In this document: one piece after another, positions 44,951-55,670 of the stretch
Numbering within the stretch: position 1 is the first letter of the stretch
Layout: every line of letters starts with the position of its first letter
Source of the DNA: Cyanidioschyzon merolae
Taxonomy: Eukaryota
Reading direction: 5' to 3' (one strand)
DNA: 64,000 nucleotides
NCBI GenBank assembly: GCA_000091205.1
Contig: AP006490.2
Notes under the pieces: model-generated
Told to the model about the DNA's origin: nothing
The model's database searches: none
The model's input: only the letters and a program-made list of their open reading frames with translations
Position numbers and translations under genes: made by a program

Positions 44951-46473
44951 GCTGCGCTGTTCCCATTCACGAAAACTAGAGCGAAAGCTTCACAGGTACC
45001 TTCGCTGGTCGGGAGCGTCCAGACCCGCACTCGCAAGCGGGCAGCACAGCAACTACCCAGGCGAAGGCCCTTCTGGGTACCGCTGTGGTATACGCGCGCG
45101 TACGCCGCGCACAGGCGACGCCTTCGTCGACAACCAGTATCACGACCTTCTTAGACGCCCTGGTTGCACGGCAGCTGTTTTTTTGGGCGCGGCTTCACGA
45201 CAAACTGCTTCGCTGTTTTACGGATTGAGTCTACTGCTAAACTTTGTTATAGCTGTACAGTGCTATCGTCGTTTTCGCTCCAGCTGTGTGTGTGTGTGTT
45301 TTTGGTGTTAGCGGTGTTGCATTCAGTGTAACGGTTTCGAGTGCACGAACACTATGGGGTATTCGAAAAAGTCTAGTCTCAACGGTTTCATCGACACGCC
45401 GACAGTCTAGCTGCTGGTAAGTATTTCCAATTGAAAGGGGCACCTGTGCGTTTTCATGGCTTTTGGCTCGAGAACGCTTAACCCGCCTTGACGACTGCAG
45501 TTTGTGTGCCATGTCTCTCAAAAAAGTTCAATGGAGGCACAGTCGACTGATACTTTTGTATTGCGTGGACGGTCAGGGACCCCGCGTACAAGGACGCTAC
45601 CGTAGCTACCGACACTGCCGTTTTCCAACATCGAAGCATGCGCTGGTTGTCTGATGTGCACAGGCAAGGGTGCAGTGCAAGCACAAAGTGGCGAGCGTTC
45701 TATTCGCGGATCTGTAGAGAGCTTTACAGAACCTGCAATGTATAAAGCGTTTTTTCACATCATTTTATTCGCATTCTAGCTTCCAGGGCGATTTCAGGGC
45801 GAGTACCTGCATCTGAACGTTCATGAGTCCATGAGAACGTTCTCGCATCCGACTACTGGATGCGAAGCATGCGATGCGCAGTCTCACCAGCGCCGGACTT
45901 CGACCAGTTTCAGGACGAAGATGTATACGAATCCAAGACTGGATGTTGCCGCAACGTGTTCCGCTTCCAAGTTCGCATGCGACTCGCAGTGACTGGCAAG
46001 CATCATGCGGCCGGTGACGGTCGGCAATCGTTCCTTGAGCGTGTGCATTTCCGGTGAATCCTCCAGCGCCATTCATGGCGATGTTCCGACTCGCATCATC
46101 CGCAAATTATAGGTTCTGAACCTAAATAAACATGCATCGATGCGGAATGAAGCGCGTGAGAACTGCAAGCATCCAACGTGACTGCCACACCTGCGTACCG
46201 ATACCTCTCTAGGCCCTCTATACTTGAATCAGGACATGCCTGGTTCCAAGATGTCGATGCTTCAACCAAACCCGTTGCTAAAACTCAGAAAACACACAAA
46301 ACAACGTCTCCCAAATGCTCGGCACGACATGACGACTTTCTGGACCATAAGCACCAATGTTAGGATGGACACGTTCAGTGCCCTGAGCTGCTCACGAGTA
46401 TTGCTGCCGGGATCAGAGCCGGCATCATCGCCGTCTAGGAACATGCGTCACCAAGCGCATTCTCAGTAGAGCT

Positions 46474-48948
46474 CTAATCCACGAGCGCATAGATATCACC
46501 GCGCTGCGTGCCGTAAACGATACCCTGCACAAGCTGGGGGTAATTCGCAGAATACATCGGCAGAAACAGGGCGCAGTTAATCCCATCCACTTCCTCGAAA
46601 GATCTCCAGTCAAGAGCAGTCGAGGCATCTCCGGGTGCAATGCCAGCATGTGGCCTCGCTGCCGGGATCGATCGGAGGCAGTGCATGGACCCCGTGCGCA
46701 GGTCCGCTTCAAACAAGTCCAAAATAGGTCTCATTTCAGCTGCTTCCAGCGTTTCCGAGTGTGTCATACTCTCCCGATAACTGTAACCCGCTAGAAAATA
46801 GATTCGATCCCTGTCGGGCGATACCTTCCCGAACCCAGTATTCGGGGATGGTACAAACCGTAGATTCGTCAACGCCCTCGTATGACATGCATCCAGGGGC
46901 ATACGAGCCCGTTCTCGAAGCTCAACTGAAGAAACCGCACCATCGATACTGGTTAAAAAACACGAATCAAGGACAGGAGATTTTCGCGCTTGTCCCGATA
47001 CCGCAGAAACAGGTAGGATCTCATAGATAACGATGTGCGCGACAAAGGTTGAGGCACCACCACTGGGAACACGTTCCTGGGCAGCACGTACCCAAACGTT
47101 CCGCGACTCCAAGCCTGCTGGGGCATGTGCGGTATCAGGTACTGGGGAGCGCACTGCGCTTCGAGGTACGCCGGCTCCATGCGAGCGAGGCGCGCTGCGC
47201 TCGGTGCCACTGTGGAGGCTGCTCGCGTGGCTATCGCTCGGACAGTGGGGCGGTGGTCGGCGTAGCTGTGACTGCAGGATGCAGACGAGCAGATACCGAC
47301 CATCCGTGGATACGCTGATACCCGCCTCGTTGTATGCGACGACCTGAGGTATTTTGCCGATCAAGACTCCAGGGCACAATGTATTGCACACGGGCGTGCT
47401 GCGGCTTCTCTGGAAGCCGTAGCCGCTGCCACCAACGTCACCATTACTACTACTGTTGGGAGCGCTGTCGATATATCTCAGCGGCTCTTCTCTCAGCTGG
47501 TACAGCTGAATATCAAGGGTGAATGGAGCGGCCGCCACACGGAAAAGTTCCGCTTCCTGTTCCGTGGAGAGCACCGGTGAACGCGTCCCAACAAGCAGGA
47601 TGGAGGCCCCTGCGAGTGCATTCACCAAATGAATTGGTACGCCTAGGTAATAGCAGGCAGAGCGCTGCTGCGAGTCCTCTACCAGGGTTTCGTCGGTGGA
47701 TTCAGCGGGATGCCGCTCAGGCCGCCCCGCAGTTACTCGCTGCATGTCCATAGGGTGCTGCGCGCTGAGGTCAGCTTCATCTGCGTTTTCGTTCGAACGT
47801 GCATTCTGAATCTGCCGGCTAGCGTGGCGTGCTCGCCGAGTTCCCACGATCCCTGCCACTGAACTGGACCCAACGGCTTGCCGTTGTCGCTCTCGGTCCG
47901 GAGGCCAGGGAAAGCGTGAAGCGCTCCCCAGGGAAGTCTGGAAGCTTGCAGCGTCACCAGCGAGCGCCCCTGAACGACCAGCGCCGATCGTATCGAAAGA
48001 TGCAGCGGTGTCGAGCGTGCTCGCTGTGGCAACGCTCGAGGCGCGCGTATCTCCCCGAGTCACTCGATCCTCCAGAGCAGTGCGCGTATGGATATGAGCT
48101 TCACGACCCGCACTGTAAGTCGACGCTCCCACGAGCACTCTGTTCGTATTGGTCGTTTGCCCAGCAGCTGCAGACCGACGCCCTCGATCTCCGTACAAAG
48201 CATGACGCGGAGAGGGCTCTCGTGTGGCCGCAGTACCCGCTCCAATCATCGGTCTTGTCATCGTTCGAAGAAGTGTTCGCGACCAGAGCGTCCGCCGCCA
48301 TTGCCAGAAAAAGAGCGACCGTCGCGCAGCAATGATGACGACTTCCCCAGACGGATCAAAAACCACACAACTGATGCTGGATGGTCCATATTCCGGGAAG
48401 AAGGCAAAGTTCTCCGGGTGCTGTTCACTTACAGTGTATCGCGCTACACATTGATCACGATACCAGACGTAACAGTGACCTCCGAGGCAACCGCTCACCA
48501 TGAGGTCGGAGTCACGCGGGTGAAAATGCACACTCCACGGAGTACGCGGATGACCGTACAATTCAGCGCTTAATTCGAGTGAGAACGAGCAGCCAGTATC
48601 CTGGCACAGTTCACGTACTTGCGAGGATTCCGGGCGCGCATTCTCCGTTTCTCCTCGACGTATTCGATAGGTCCGCACTACATGGTCACCATGCGTCGAT
48701 GCGAGCCTGGTTCCATCGGCAGAAAGACTCAGCGCGATGGTGCTACGAACGTGCTCAGCTCCGTGGCGGTTCGTCGCGATTCGAATGCGGCGCTGTAATC
48801 GCTTTTGCAAGAGAAAGCGCTCCCAGTTCAGCGCGTGTTCCCGGGTATCAGGAGCAGCTTTTGATGGAGGTGTGAGGTGCAGCTCATTGCAGACCCTCTT
48901 TGCGGGTCGGAATTCCACTTCTCGGTGTTCTGTCCAGGTCGTCAACAT
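46474..48948 (-). CDS. WD40-repeat protein, AMBRA1/DCAF3-like
   Basis: LASTHGDHVVRTYRI...GHPRTPWSVHFHPRDSDLMVSGCLGGHCYVWY matches the AMBRA1 N-terminal WD blades (LASTHVNHNIYIT...[31 protein letters not shown]). Long low-complexity middle. TAG stop. Confidence 0.5.
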   Translation of the reverse strand: MLTTWTEHREVEFRPAKRVCNELHLTPPSKAAPDTREHALNWERFLLQKRLQRRIRIATNRHGAEHVRSTIALSLSADGTRLASTHGDHVVRTYRIRRGETENARPESSQVRELCQDTGCSFSLELSAELYGHPRTPWSVHFHPRDSDLMVSGCLGGHCYVWYRDQCVARYTVSEQHPENFAFFPEYGPSSISCVVFDPSGEVVIIAARRSLFFWQWRRTLWSRTLLRTMTRPMIGAGTAATREPSPRHALYGDRGRRSAAAGQTTNTNRVLVGASTYSAGREAHIHTRTALEDRVTRGDTRASSVATASTLDTAASFDTIGAGRSGALAGDAASFQTSLGSASRFPWPPDRERQRQAVGSSSVAGIVGTRRARHASRQIQNARSNENADEADLSAQHPMDMQRVTAGRPERHPAESTDETLVEDSQQRSACYYLGVPIHLVNALAGASILLVGTRSPVLSTEQEAELFRVAAAPFTLDIQLYQLREEPLRYIDSAPNSSSNGDVGGSGYGFQRSRSTPVCNTLCPGVLIGKIPQVVAYNEAGISVSTDGRYLLVCILQSQLRRPPPHCPSDSHASSLHSGTERSAPRSHGAGVPRSAVRSPVPDTAHAPAGLESRNVWVRAAQERVPSGGASTFVAHIVIYEILPVSAVSGQARKSPVLDSCFLTSIDGAVSSVELRERARMPLDACHTRALTNLRFVPSPNTGFGKVSPDRDRIYFLAGYSYRESMTHSETLEAAEMRPILDLFEADLRTGSMHCLRSIPAARPHAGIAPGDASTALDWRSFEEVDGINCALFLPMYSANYPQLVQGIVYGTQRGDIYALVD

Positions 48949-49607
48949 GTCGCAGGTGCGCGTACGTCAGAACTAGAATGTGCGCACCAGGCTGCGCGTA
49001 AACTGCAACCCACTAGTTCCCCAGTATGACCTGTTATCGCAGAATATAGAGAGCGCAGCGCTACACAAGGAGCTTCTAGCCTTTACGTCCCGGTCGACGG
49101 CGAGCAACGCGTCGTACGTGGCTTCTGCACCGAGGCCAGAACGAGTCCCCAAATGGAAAGACTGGGCGCTTTGGAAAAAGGTGCTTGGCTTAAGATTCCC
49201 AGTAAACTGTAGAACGCAGCAGACAAGTTCGAATCAGTATACACACAGTTGGAAACAGCAGCGTTGCTAGAATCGCGCCGCTGGAACACCAGCAGCCGCG
49301 AATGCCACTAGCGCCACCACCAGCTATACCCACTCTGGCCAGGAAGCCACGCGATGGACACCACTCCCCGAGCAGGTACACCTACCAGCACGAACTTGAA
49401 GCGTCCCGTGGTGCCTATTGAAAACGACTGATCTCCGGGACGCCCACCAGCAAGTCGCTGTACGATGTTTATCGCAGACGTGTTTTAGAGCGCAGGGTCG
49501 CACCGGGATCACCCGCTTCGCTTCACCGGGAGGCTCGAAGCGTACCTCTCACCACGAGAAGGCCATCGTAGCCGACTGTGCGTTAAATCTATATCGAGTT
49601 CGTGTCT

Positions 49608-49648
49608 GCTACTACTACTACTGCTGCTGCTACTGCTCCAGTTGCGGC
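49608..49648. repeat. Trinucleotide microsatellite (TAC)n(TGC)n
   Basis: gctactactactactgctgctgctactgctcc read directly. Confidence 0.75.
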
Positions 49649-50036
49649 GAGCCCCGCACACCCTAGATAAATGCTATCCCCGTTGACGCAGCGGGTGCTT
49701 GCCAGGGCTGCGCACCAGCGATACGGCGCTTTCGGCCACAAGTTCGGCGTTGCATTGGTGCGTTACTGCAGCTCAACTACTTGAACACGAACCTGAGGTG
49801 TTTGGGCGCCGACGTGCTTGTCGTACGACGCGTCAAGGCCTTGATATTCTTGGGAACTTGAGGGCTGTTTGAGAGCAAGAGCGTCTTTCCGGAAGCGTGC
49901 CTTGGGAAACGAACGCTGCACCCTGCTGCGATTGCAGTTGAAAAAAAGGTGAGTGCGTCGGCACGTATCGGAGTTTTAACGCATCCCTGGCGGTATTCAT
50001 TAGATCTCGGAAGAAGCGCTATTCTTTTGGGCAGTC

Positions 50037-50828
50037 ATGGCGCACCAGACAGCGGAAGTTCTTCGTCGCGTGCCGACAGAGGAACTCCTCAAGGAACTGG
50101 AACGAAGGGAGGCAACACGAGGAACCAACAAGCAGCAGCAGCAGCGACTTGTGCTGATTGGACCTCCTGGAAGCGGCAAGGGGACGCAAGCCTCTTTCTT
50201 GAGGGAGCGACTCTGCTTATGTCAGTTGGCAACCGGTGACCTTTTGCGGAATGCTGTTGCTCAAGGCACAGAGCTCGGAAAGGAAGCGAAGAAAGTTATG
50301 GAGGCAGGTGGCCTCGTAAGCGATCAAATCGTGCTGGGACTGGTTCGTGAGAACCTCCGCAGACCAGAGTGTAAGAACGGTTTCATCCTAGATGGATTTC
50401 CGAGAACACTGGAGCAGGCTCGGAAGCTGGATGAACTGCTTGCCACTGACGGTATCGGACCCTTGAGCGCTGTGCTGAACTTCGCCGTTCCAGATGAACT
50501 GCTGAAGCGTCGGATTCTTGGGCGATGGGTCCATCCGGCGAGTGGACGGACGTATCATGAAGAGTTTCACCCGCCAAAGGTGCCCATGCGAGACGATGAA
50601 ACTGGTGAACCGCTGGTGCAACGCTCTGACGATCAGCCGGATGTGCTCGTGAAGAGACTAGCGGCCTTCCACGCCAGCACGAAACCGGTGCTCGATTACT
50701 ACGAAAAACGAGGTATTCTGCATCAGATCGATGCGAGCAAAAGTATACCGCAAGTACGCCAGCAGCTTAGTGAAGTCCTGAGCGTTGATCTATCCGATAA
50801 CACGGAACGCGCAGAGGCCAATGGCTGA
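50037..50828 (+). CDS. Adenylate kinase (AK2-like, long-lid type)
   Basis: P-loop LVLIGPPGSGKGTQA, NGFILDGFPRTLEQA, lid RWVHPASGRTYHEEFHPP and DDQPDVLVKRLAAFH. TGA stop. Confidence 0.9.
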   Translation: MAHQTAEVLRRVPTEELLKELERREATRGTNKQQQQRLVLIGPPGSGKGTQASFLRERLCLCQLATGDLLRNAVAQGTELGKEAKKVMEAGGLVSDQIVLGLVRENLRRPECKNGFILDGFPRTLEQARKLDELLATDGIGPLSAVLNFAVPDELLKRRILGRWVHPASGRTYHEEFHPPKVPMRDDETGEPLVQRSDDQPDVLVKRLAAFHASTKPVLDYYEKRGILHQIDASKSIPQVRQQLSEVLSVDLSDNTERAEANG

Positions 50829-51211
50829 GCGCCTGAATGGCGCAATGCCGAGCTGCACGATGTTGCACTGACTAGGATAGGTCGAGAAACTCATAAAGCG
50901 TACCCAAAGCGTACCAACCGAAAGGAGTAATGTCAAGCTGCATGACGTTGTGCGAATGAGAATGTATCGGGACATGCATCAAAAGCGCTGAATTGGCCGC
51001 AACGACATTGAAAGTTCCACGGCCTGAGGGAAGCTCACGAAAACTCAACCCAATGCATGCATGCTAATAGCAACGTGCTTTCAGTCTGAACAAGTTTGCG
51101 AAGCTGCTCGTATCGTTGGCTGATTTATGCATCATCTGCATTCACTCTTGTAGCGTGAACGACCAAGCGAAGCACACAGGATGCTGCACACCAATCCAAT
51201 GCGAATCGTTT

Positions 51212-51372
51212 AACCGATCGTTTATGCTCAGCATCAATGTTCATTTTATGGGCGTATACATTCCAAGCGTACGGGATGTGTCTCCGTGGATACCGATCGT
51301 TTATGCTCAGCATCAATGTCAATTTGATGGGCATATACATTCCCAGCAAAAGGGGTGTGTTTCCGTGGACTC
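51212..51372. repeat. Tandem duplication of a roughly 79-bp unit (2 copies)
   Basis: accgatcgtttatgctcagcatcaatgt[t/c][c/a]att[tt/tg]atgggc[g/a]tatacattcc...gtgt[c/t]tccgtgga occurs twice head-to-tail. Confidence 0.6.
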
Positions 51373-51879
51373 GACTATCTAAGGTAATGTTGGTATCAAA
51401 GCGCAGATGATTCCTCTCCCCACCAAAGAAAGACCTGTGCACGTGCATGCGTTCCCGGAACCGCATCGATAGCATCACTGCACACCAGGGGATCCTATCG
51501 GCGCCACGGAACCGGCATTATCCCGCTGGTGCCAATACTCGCCAAGAAGAAAACCCATCCTCATAGAGCGCTCCACCTATAATCGATCCGACTTTGTCGC
51601 GATGGACCAGGATGCTCTCGTCTCATGGGCGTTCCCTACTGGTAGTCGAATGCGAATCGACTTGGTCATGCTCAGCCACAGAGCTCCAGTGATTAACGTG
51701 ATGCCACTAATGTGTGTGTATGCCAATCAGCCTCGCCTGCAAACGCGCAACTGGAGCGCTTCGAATCCCTGGTGCGATGCCACCAGAGTGAGCATACGCA
51801 ATTGCATGCACAACTCTTGGACTCCGTCCTTCCAGCAAAGCGCCAGCTTCCTCCTATCGTGTCGTACTGGCGGTGAATT

Positions 51880-53487
51880 TCAGGGTAGAGCCTCACACCA
51901 AGCAATGCCTCGATATGAGACGATACCCTGCTCGATATCTTCGACGCAGGCTAGAGTCGCACGCTTTTTCGTGGCAACGCCTAAACGACCTGCGCTAATG
52001 ATATCTCGCGGGCGTAGTATGTCGTTTTTGTTGAGGACGATCACGCAGAGACCCGCATGAAAAAGACATGGATCATGCGCATATGCTAGAAAATCCGCAC
52101 CAAACTTGTGTCCGCTGGTTAGGTAGAATCCTCGGCGCCAAAGATCGCGGAAAACGAGGAAACGAGGTGAGCGCGTGATGCTGCGCCAGAATTCATGCCC
52201 GTAAACATTGGTATGATCAAGCAATACCGTTTCCGCCGTGTCTGCATTGAGGACTTCAAAAGGCGCCCTCTCGGTATGGATTCGAATTCGATACGGTCGT
52301 ACGCGCTTTGAATCCGCTGCGCTCTGAAGCGTCGCCTCTCCCTGGGGTTTGGATGAACGCGCATGTTGTACTGCACTCGCTGGAACTGTTTCCCAGTCGC
52401 GTGACTCAGAGCGATAGCGCTGACTCAAAACGCTGGATGTGAGCACGTACGCAGTACTCTGCCAACAAGCTCTCGAGGCGAGCCAAACCCGCCGAAAGAC
52501 TCCGAGCAGAGATTCCATGTGGACGTGCGAGAGCAAGCGCGCAGCTGTTCGAATGGGATCCACGTTTTGCAAGAAGCGTGGTCGCTTTCTCGGAGGTGAA
52601 GGCTGGCCAGCATCTTCACACAGCGGCACGTCTTGAGCAGTTGCGGAGCCCTCGCATAACTCGTCGGCCGCCTGGTAATGTCCATGGACGATGCATTCAC
52701 CGGAATGAGGCCGCTTTCTTGCTGCTGTTTGGCCGAAGCGTTTACGCTCGCGTGCGATTCTCCACTCTTCGGCAGCCATGAACTGTAGCCTTCTCTGTTC
52801 TGCAAGCTTCGCTTCGGCGGCCAATTGCTCTAGCCGACTCGTCTCCCGTTCGCTTTCAAACGCCTGACGCAGCTCAGGCGTACAGCCGCGATACCGCGTC
52901 CAGGGAGCCTCCTCGAGGGTAATAAAGCCCTCGGTCAATCCGAGTGCCACCTCAACTACATCCAGCGCCAGAGGTAAACCGAGAAACTGGTTTTGTCCGA
53001 CGTGATTCGCTGCACAGCCGACCAATTCGCCGATAATTCGGTGAACAGAGCGCAGCTGCTCGGCTTCGCGAATGGACCAGACGAAGAACGCCCCAGGCCC
53101 ACTAGAGACGACGCGAACGCTTTGAGAACTTGTTCGTATTCTAGTATCTGCCTCAGAAGTTTCCAAACTCTGGACACTTGGATACATCACACGCTCCGTA
53201 AGCAAGCTCCCAGCACCCTTCGCACTGTAGAGGTCAAGCACGGCGTCCTGGTGCTTTGCCTCGAGATCCACGCGATCACGATCTTTATTCAAGTGCCGAG
53301 TAGATACCCTAATATATCCCAAAACACGCAGTGTTTGCGCACGATAGAGCTTAGGCCTGTTCCAAGCCGTCGTAATAGCTCCACCCACAAGCACAGACCA
53401 AAGCTCTGGATATAGACGCGCTGGTCTGCGTCTTGACGGATGGGTTGCACCCCGCCGCACTGGGACGCTAGCACTCGACGACATCAA
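51880..53487 (-). CDS. tRNA-splicing endonuclease catalytic-subunit-like protein (Sen2/Sen34 family C-terminal domain) with a long N-terminal extension
   Basis: C-terminus SGHKFGADFLAYAHDPCLFHAGLCVIVLNKN carries the Tyr-His-Lys catalytic arrangement and the GxKFGxDFLxY signature of eukaryotic tRNA intron endonuclease subunits. TGA stop. Confidence 0.5.
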   Translation of the reverse strand: MMSSSASVPVRRGATHPSRRRPARLYPELWSVLVGGAITTAWNRPKLYRAQTLRVLGYIRVSTRHLNKDRDRVDLEAKHQDAVLDLYSAKGAGSLLTERVMYPSVQSLETSEADTRIRTSSQSVRVVSSGPGAFFVWSIREAEQLRSVHRIIGELVGCAANHVGQNQFLGLPLALDVVEVALGLTEGFITLEEAPWTRYRGCTPELRQAFESERETSRLEQLAAEAKLAEQRRLQFMAAEEWRIARERKRFGQTAARKRPHSGECIVHGHYQAADELCEGSATAQDVPLCEDAGQPSPPRKRPRFLQNVDPIRTAARLLSHVHMESLLGVFRRVWLASRACWQSTAYVLTSSVLSQRYRSESRDWETVPASAVQHARSSKPQGEATLQSAADSKRVRPYRIRIHTERAPFEVLNADTAETVLLDHTNVYGHEFWRSITRSPRFLVFRDLWRRGFYLTSGHKFGADFLAYAHDPCLFHAGLCVIVLNKNDILRPRDIISAGRLGVATKKRATLACVEDIEQGIVSYRGIAWCEALP

Positions 53488-54240
53488 TCAGCTGGCATCT
53501 ATTTCCTGTCTGAGGACGCCCCTCGGGGTCGTTCTTTACGTCGTTTGTGTCGCTTGAAACGGTATGGAGGCATTCCCAAATGAAAACAGACAGGTTCCAG
53601 CCCGTTCGCTCATCCATGGAGCGGCATCGCTACATAGTAGCGACTCAGTGCGAGGAGCAGTCGGGCCTCCTGAGATTGACTCCGAATCCGCAACCGGTCT
53701 CTGGCGGGACAGAGCGGCATCCTCAGCAGCGGAGACGTCTGTGGAGGCATTGCTGGCAGCTCAGAACGCACTCGCAATGCGCGAGCTTAGCATCCGCAGG
53801 ACCTACATCGCTGGATTGACCTATCGTATATCCCATTAAGCATTCGTGTGCTGGAGGTCGTAGACCGTGCAAGCGTCCATAAGTAAAATGTTGCTGAGGC
53901 CCCGCAGACGGATAGAGATTCCTTTTTGCAGCAAAGTCTATTCAAAGTTATGCAGCCGGTGCCATAGCAGGGTCCAATGGTTTCTGCTCCGAGTGCAAAA
54001 GGAAGTCAGGCATTGGGAGAATTCTGGATTCATGCATCGACCGTCGACCAAATCAAGGCTGGCGAAGGCATGCACTAGACCCGTGTCAGATTAGAAGGAA
54101 ACACTGGGCTAGTAGCTCGGTTCTCGGCTTGAGATTTTTCTAGATTGTTTAGATTGCACGTCTCGAGGTTCGAACGGCAGCTAGAGGGCCTAACGGATTC
54201 ATACGTAGTTTCAGGATTCTCGCTTGTCTTTTCAGAGTGG

Positions 54241-54920
54241 CTCTATCGATGTTTGGCGGCTCGCATCCGTTCCATGAGAGGAATCAGGATGATTCGCGAC
54301 GCCACTGAACATGGGTTCCTAAATTAACAGATATCTTTATCGAGTCCTTTGGTGCAGGTCTGCAGTCTTCTCTTTTTCCTCCCTGTAGCATGTTCAAATC
54401 ACACATTCATCATGTCCTCGATCTTTATGTTTTTGAAGGTAACTCGTGGGCACTGATGTTCGCGCCTCTGGATTGGCGATGAGAAATGCTGGACGTCGTC
54501 CCGTGACGACTTGTTCACAAGCTCATACAGAAGGCGTACTGAACTTGTCACGTCGAATGATTCATGCCCTTCTAAAGACAAATTATGTTCCCTTTTGTGG
54601 CCTGCGACGAATGGTATTCCAGAGCAACCGCATGATACGTGACACTGGATACGCTACCAGAGGCACCCGTGTCCTCTGAAAGGAATCCAGAGCAACAGCA
54701 CGATACCTGACACCGGATGCGCTACCAGAGGCACCCGTGTCCTCTGTTACCGTGGAAAAGGGTCCTGGACCCCGACTTGCATCAACGTCGCAATTACTCC
54801 CAGTGGGGAGTGCACCAACGCTTTGGGCGAAGGGAGCGTAAAAGGGTCGAAATCGCTCGAATTGCTTTCTAGCCTGAGTTTCCCTCCTGGTGCTTGTTTC
54901 ATCATGGACAACATCGGGTT
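54241..54920. repeat. Dispersed repeat family, copy C (about 680 bp) with an internal 60-bp tandem duplication at 54617-54740
   Basis: Colinear shared blocks with copy A (see 18950..19560). Internal unit ccagagcaacNgcaNgataccNgacacNggatNcgctaccagaggcacccgtgtcctctg is repeated twice. Confidence 0.55.
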
Positions 54921-55518
54921 CCACGAATCCTCTGTCGAATGGAACATCCTGCGACTGCGCCTTCAGCGGACTGAGAACTCACCTGGTGAACAGCGCAGAA
55001 AACGTCACTGCTGGTATTATAGGGTATCGGGCTCGGCAGCCGAATAGATGCAGCGAGCGGAGCCTTCTTTTCCCGTCAGGGCATGTACAGGACGATGACG
55101 CAAGTGTTCACGCCCCAGAGGGCAGCGCTCGGAGGAAGGTTCGTGGTGGGCATATGGGAACACCTGATAAGAGCAACTAGTCACCACTACGACGGGTGCA
55201 TCTAGATTGCATACAAAAAGGATGAACAGGACAACCGCAGATCGCAGCAATCGCCCGTATATGAAATGCATCGACAACAACCGGAATCGGCGAAATCGGA
55301 ACTTGATCGCTGCGATCAACATCCATCGACTGCTTGCAACGGAACCGGAAGAGGCAGGAGAGACCAGCATGTTCGAAGTCGCGACATAAGCGAGAGGAAA
55401 AGGAAGCAGTTCCAGAAACTGTCTACCAAGGCTCGTGTTCATGATAGTGGAAGAGAATCCCACCGTAGAAAGTACTTGCGTATGATCCAGCTGGACCCGT
55501 TCTATTTTGGTGTTATGT

Positions 55519-55670
55519 GAGCATTGAGCTCACCAGCCTATGAATTAATAGGCGTTCACAGCGGATCATGAGCGTTGAGCTCGGCAGCCTGTGAATTGAT
55601 TGGCATTCACAGCGGATCATGAGCGTTGAGCTCGGCAGCCTATCGATGGATTGGCGAATAGCGCTTCAAT
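55519..55670 (+). repeat. Tandem repeat, 51-bp unit x about 3, overlapping the start of the TSUP gene ORF
   Basis: gagcgttgagctcggcagcctgtgaattgattggcattcacagcggatcat repeated. Each unit carries an ATG (atcATGagcgttgagctcggcagcct). Confidence 0.75.
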
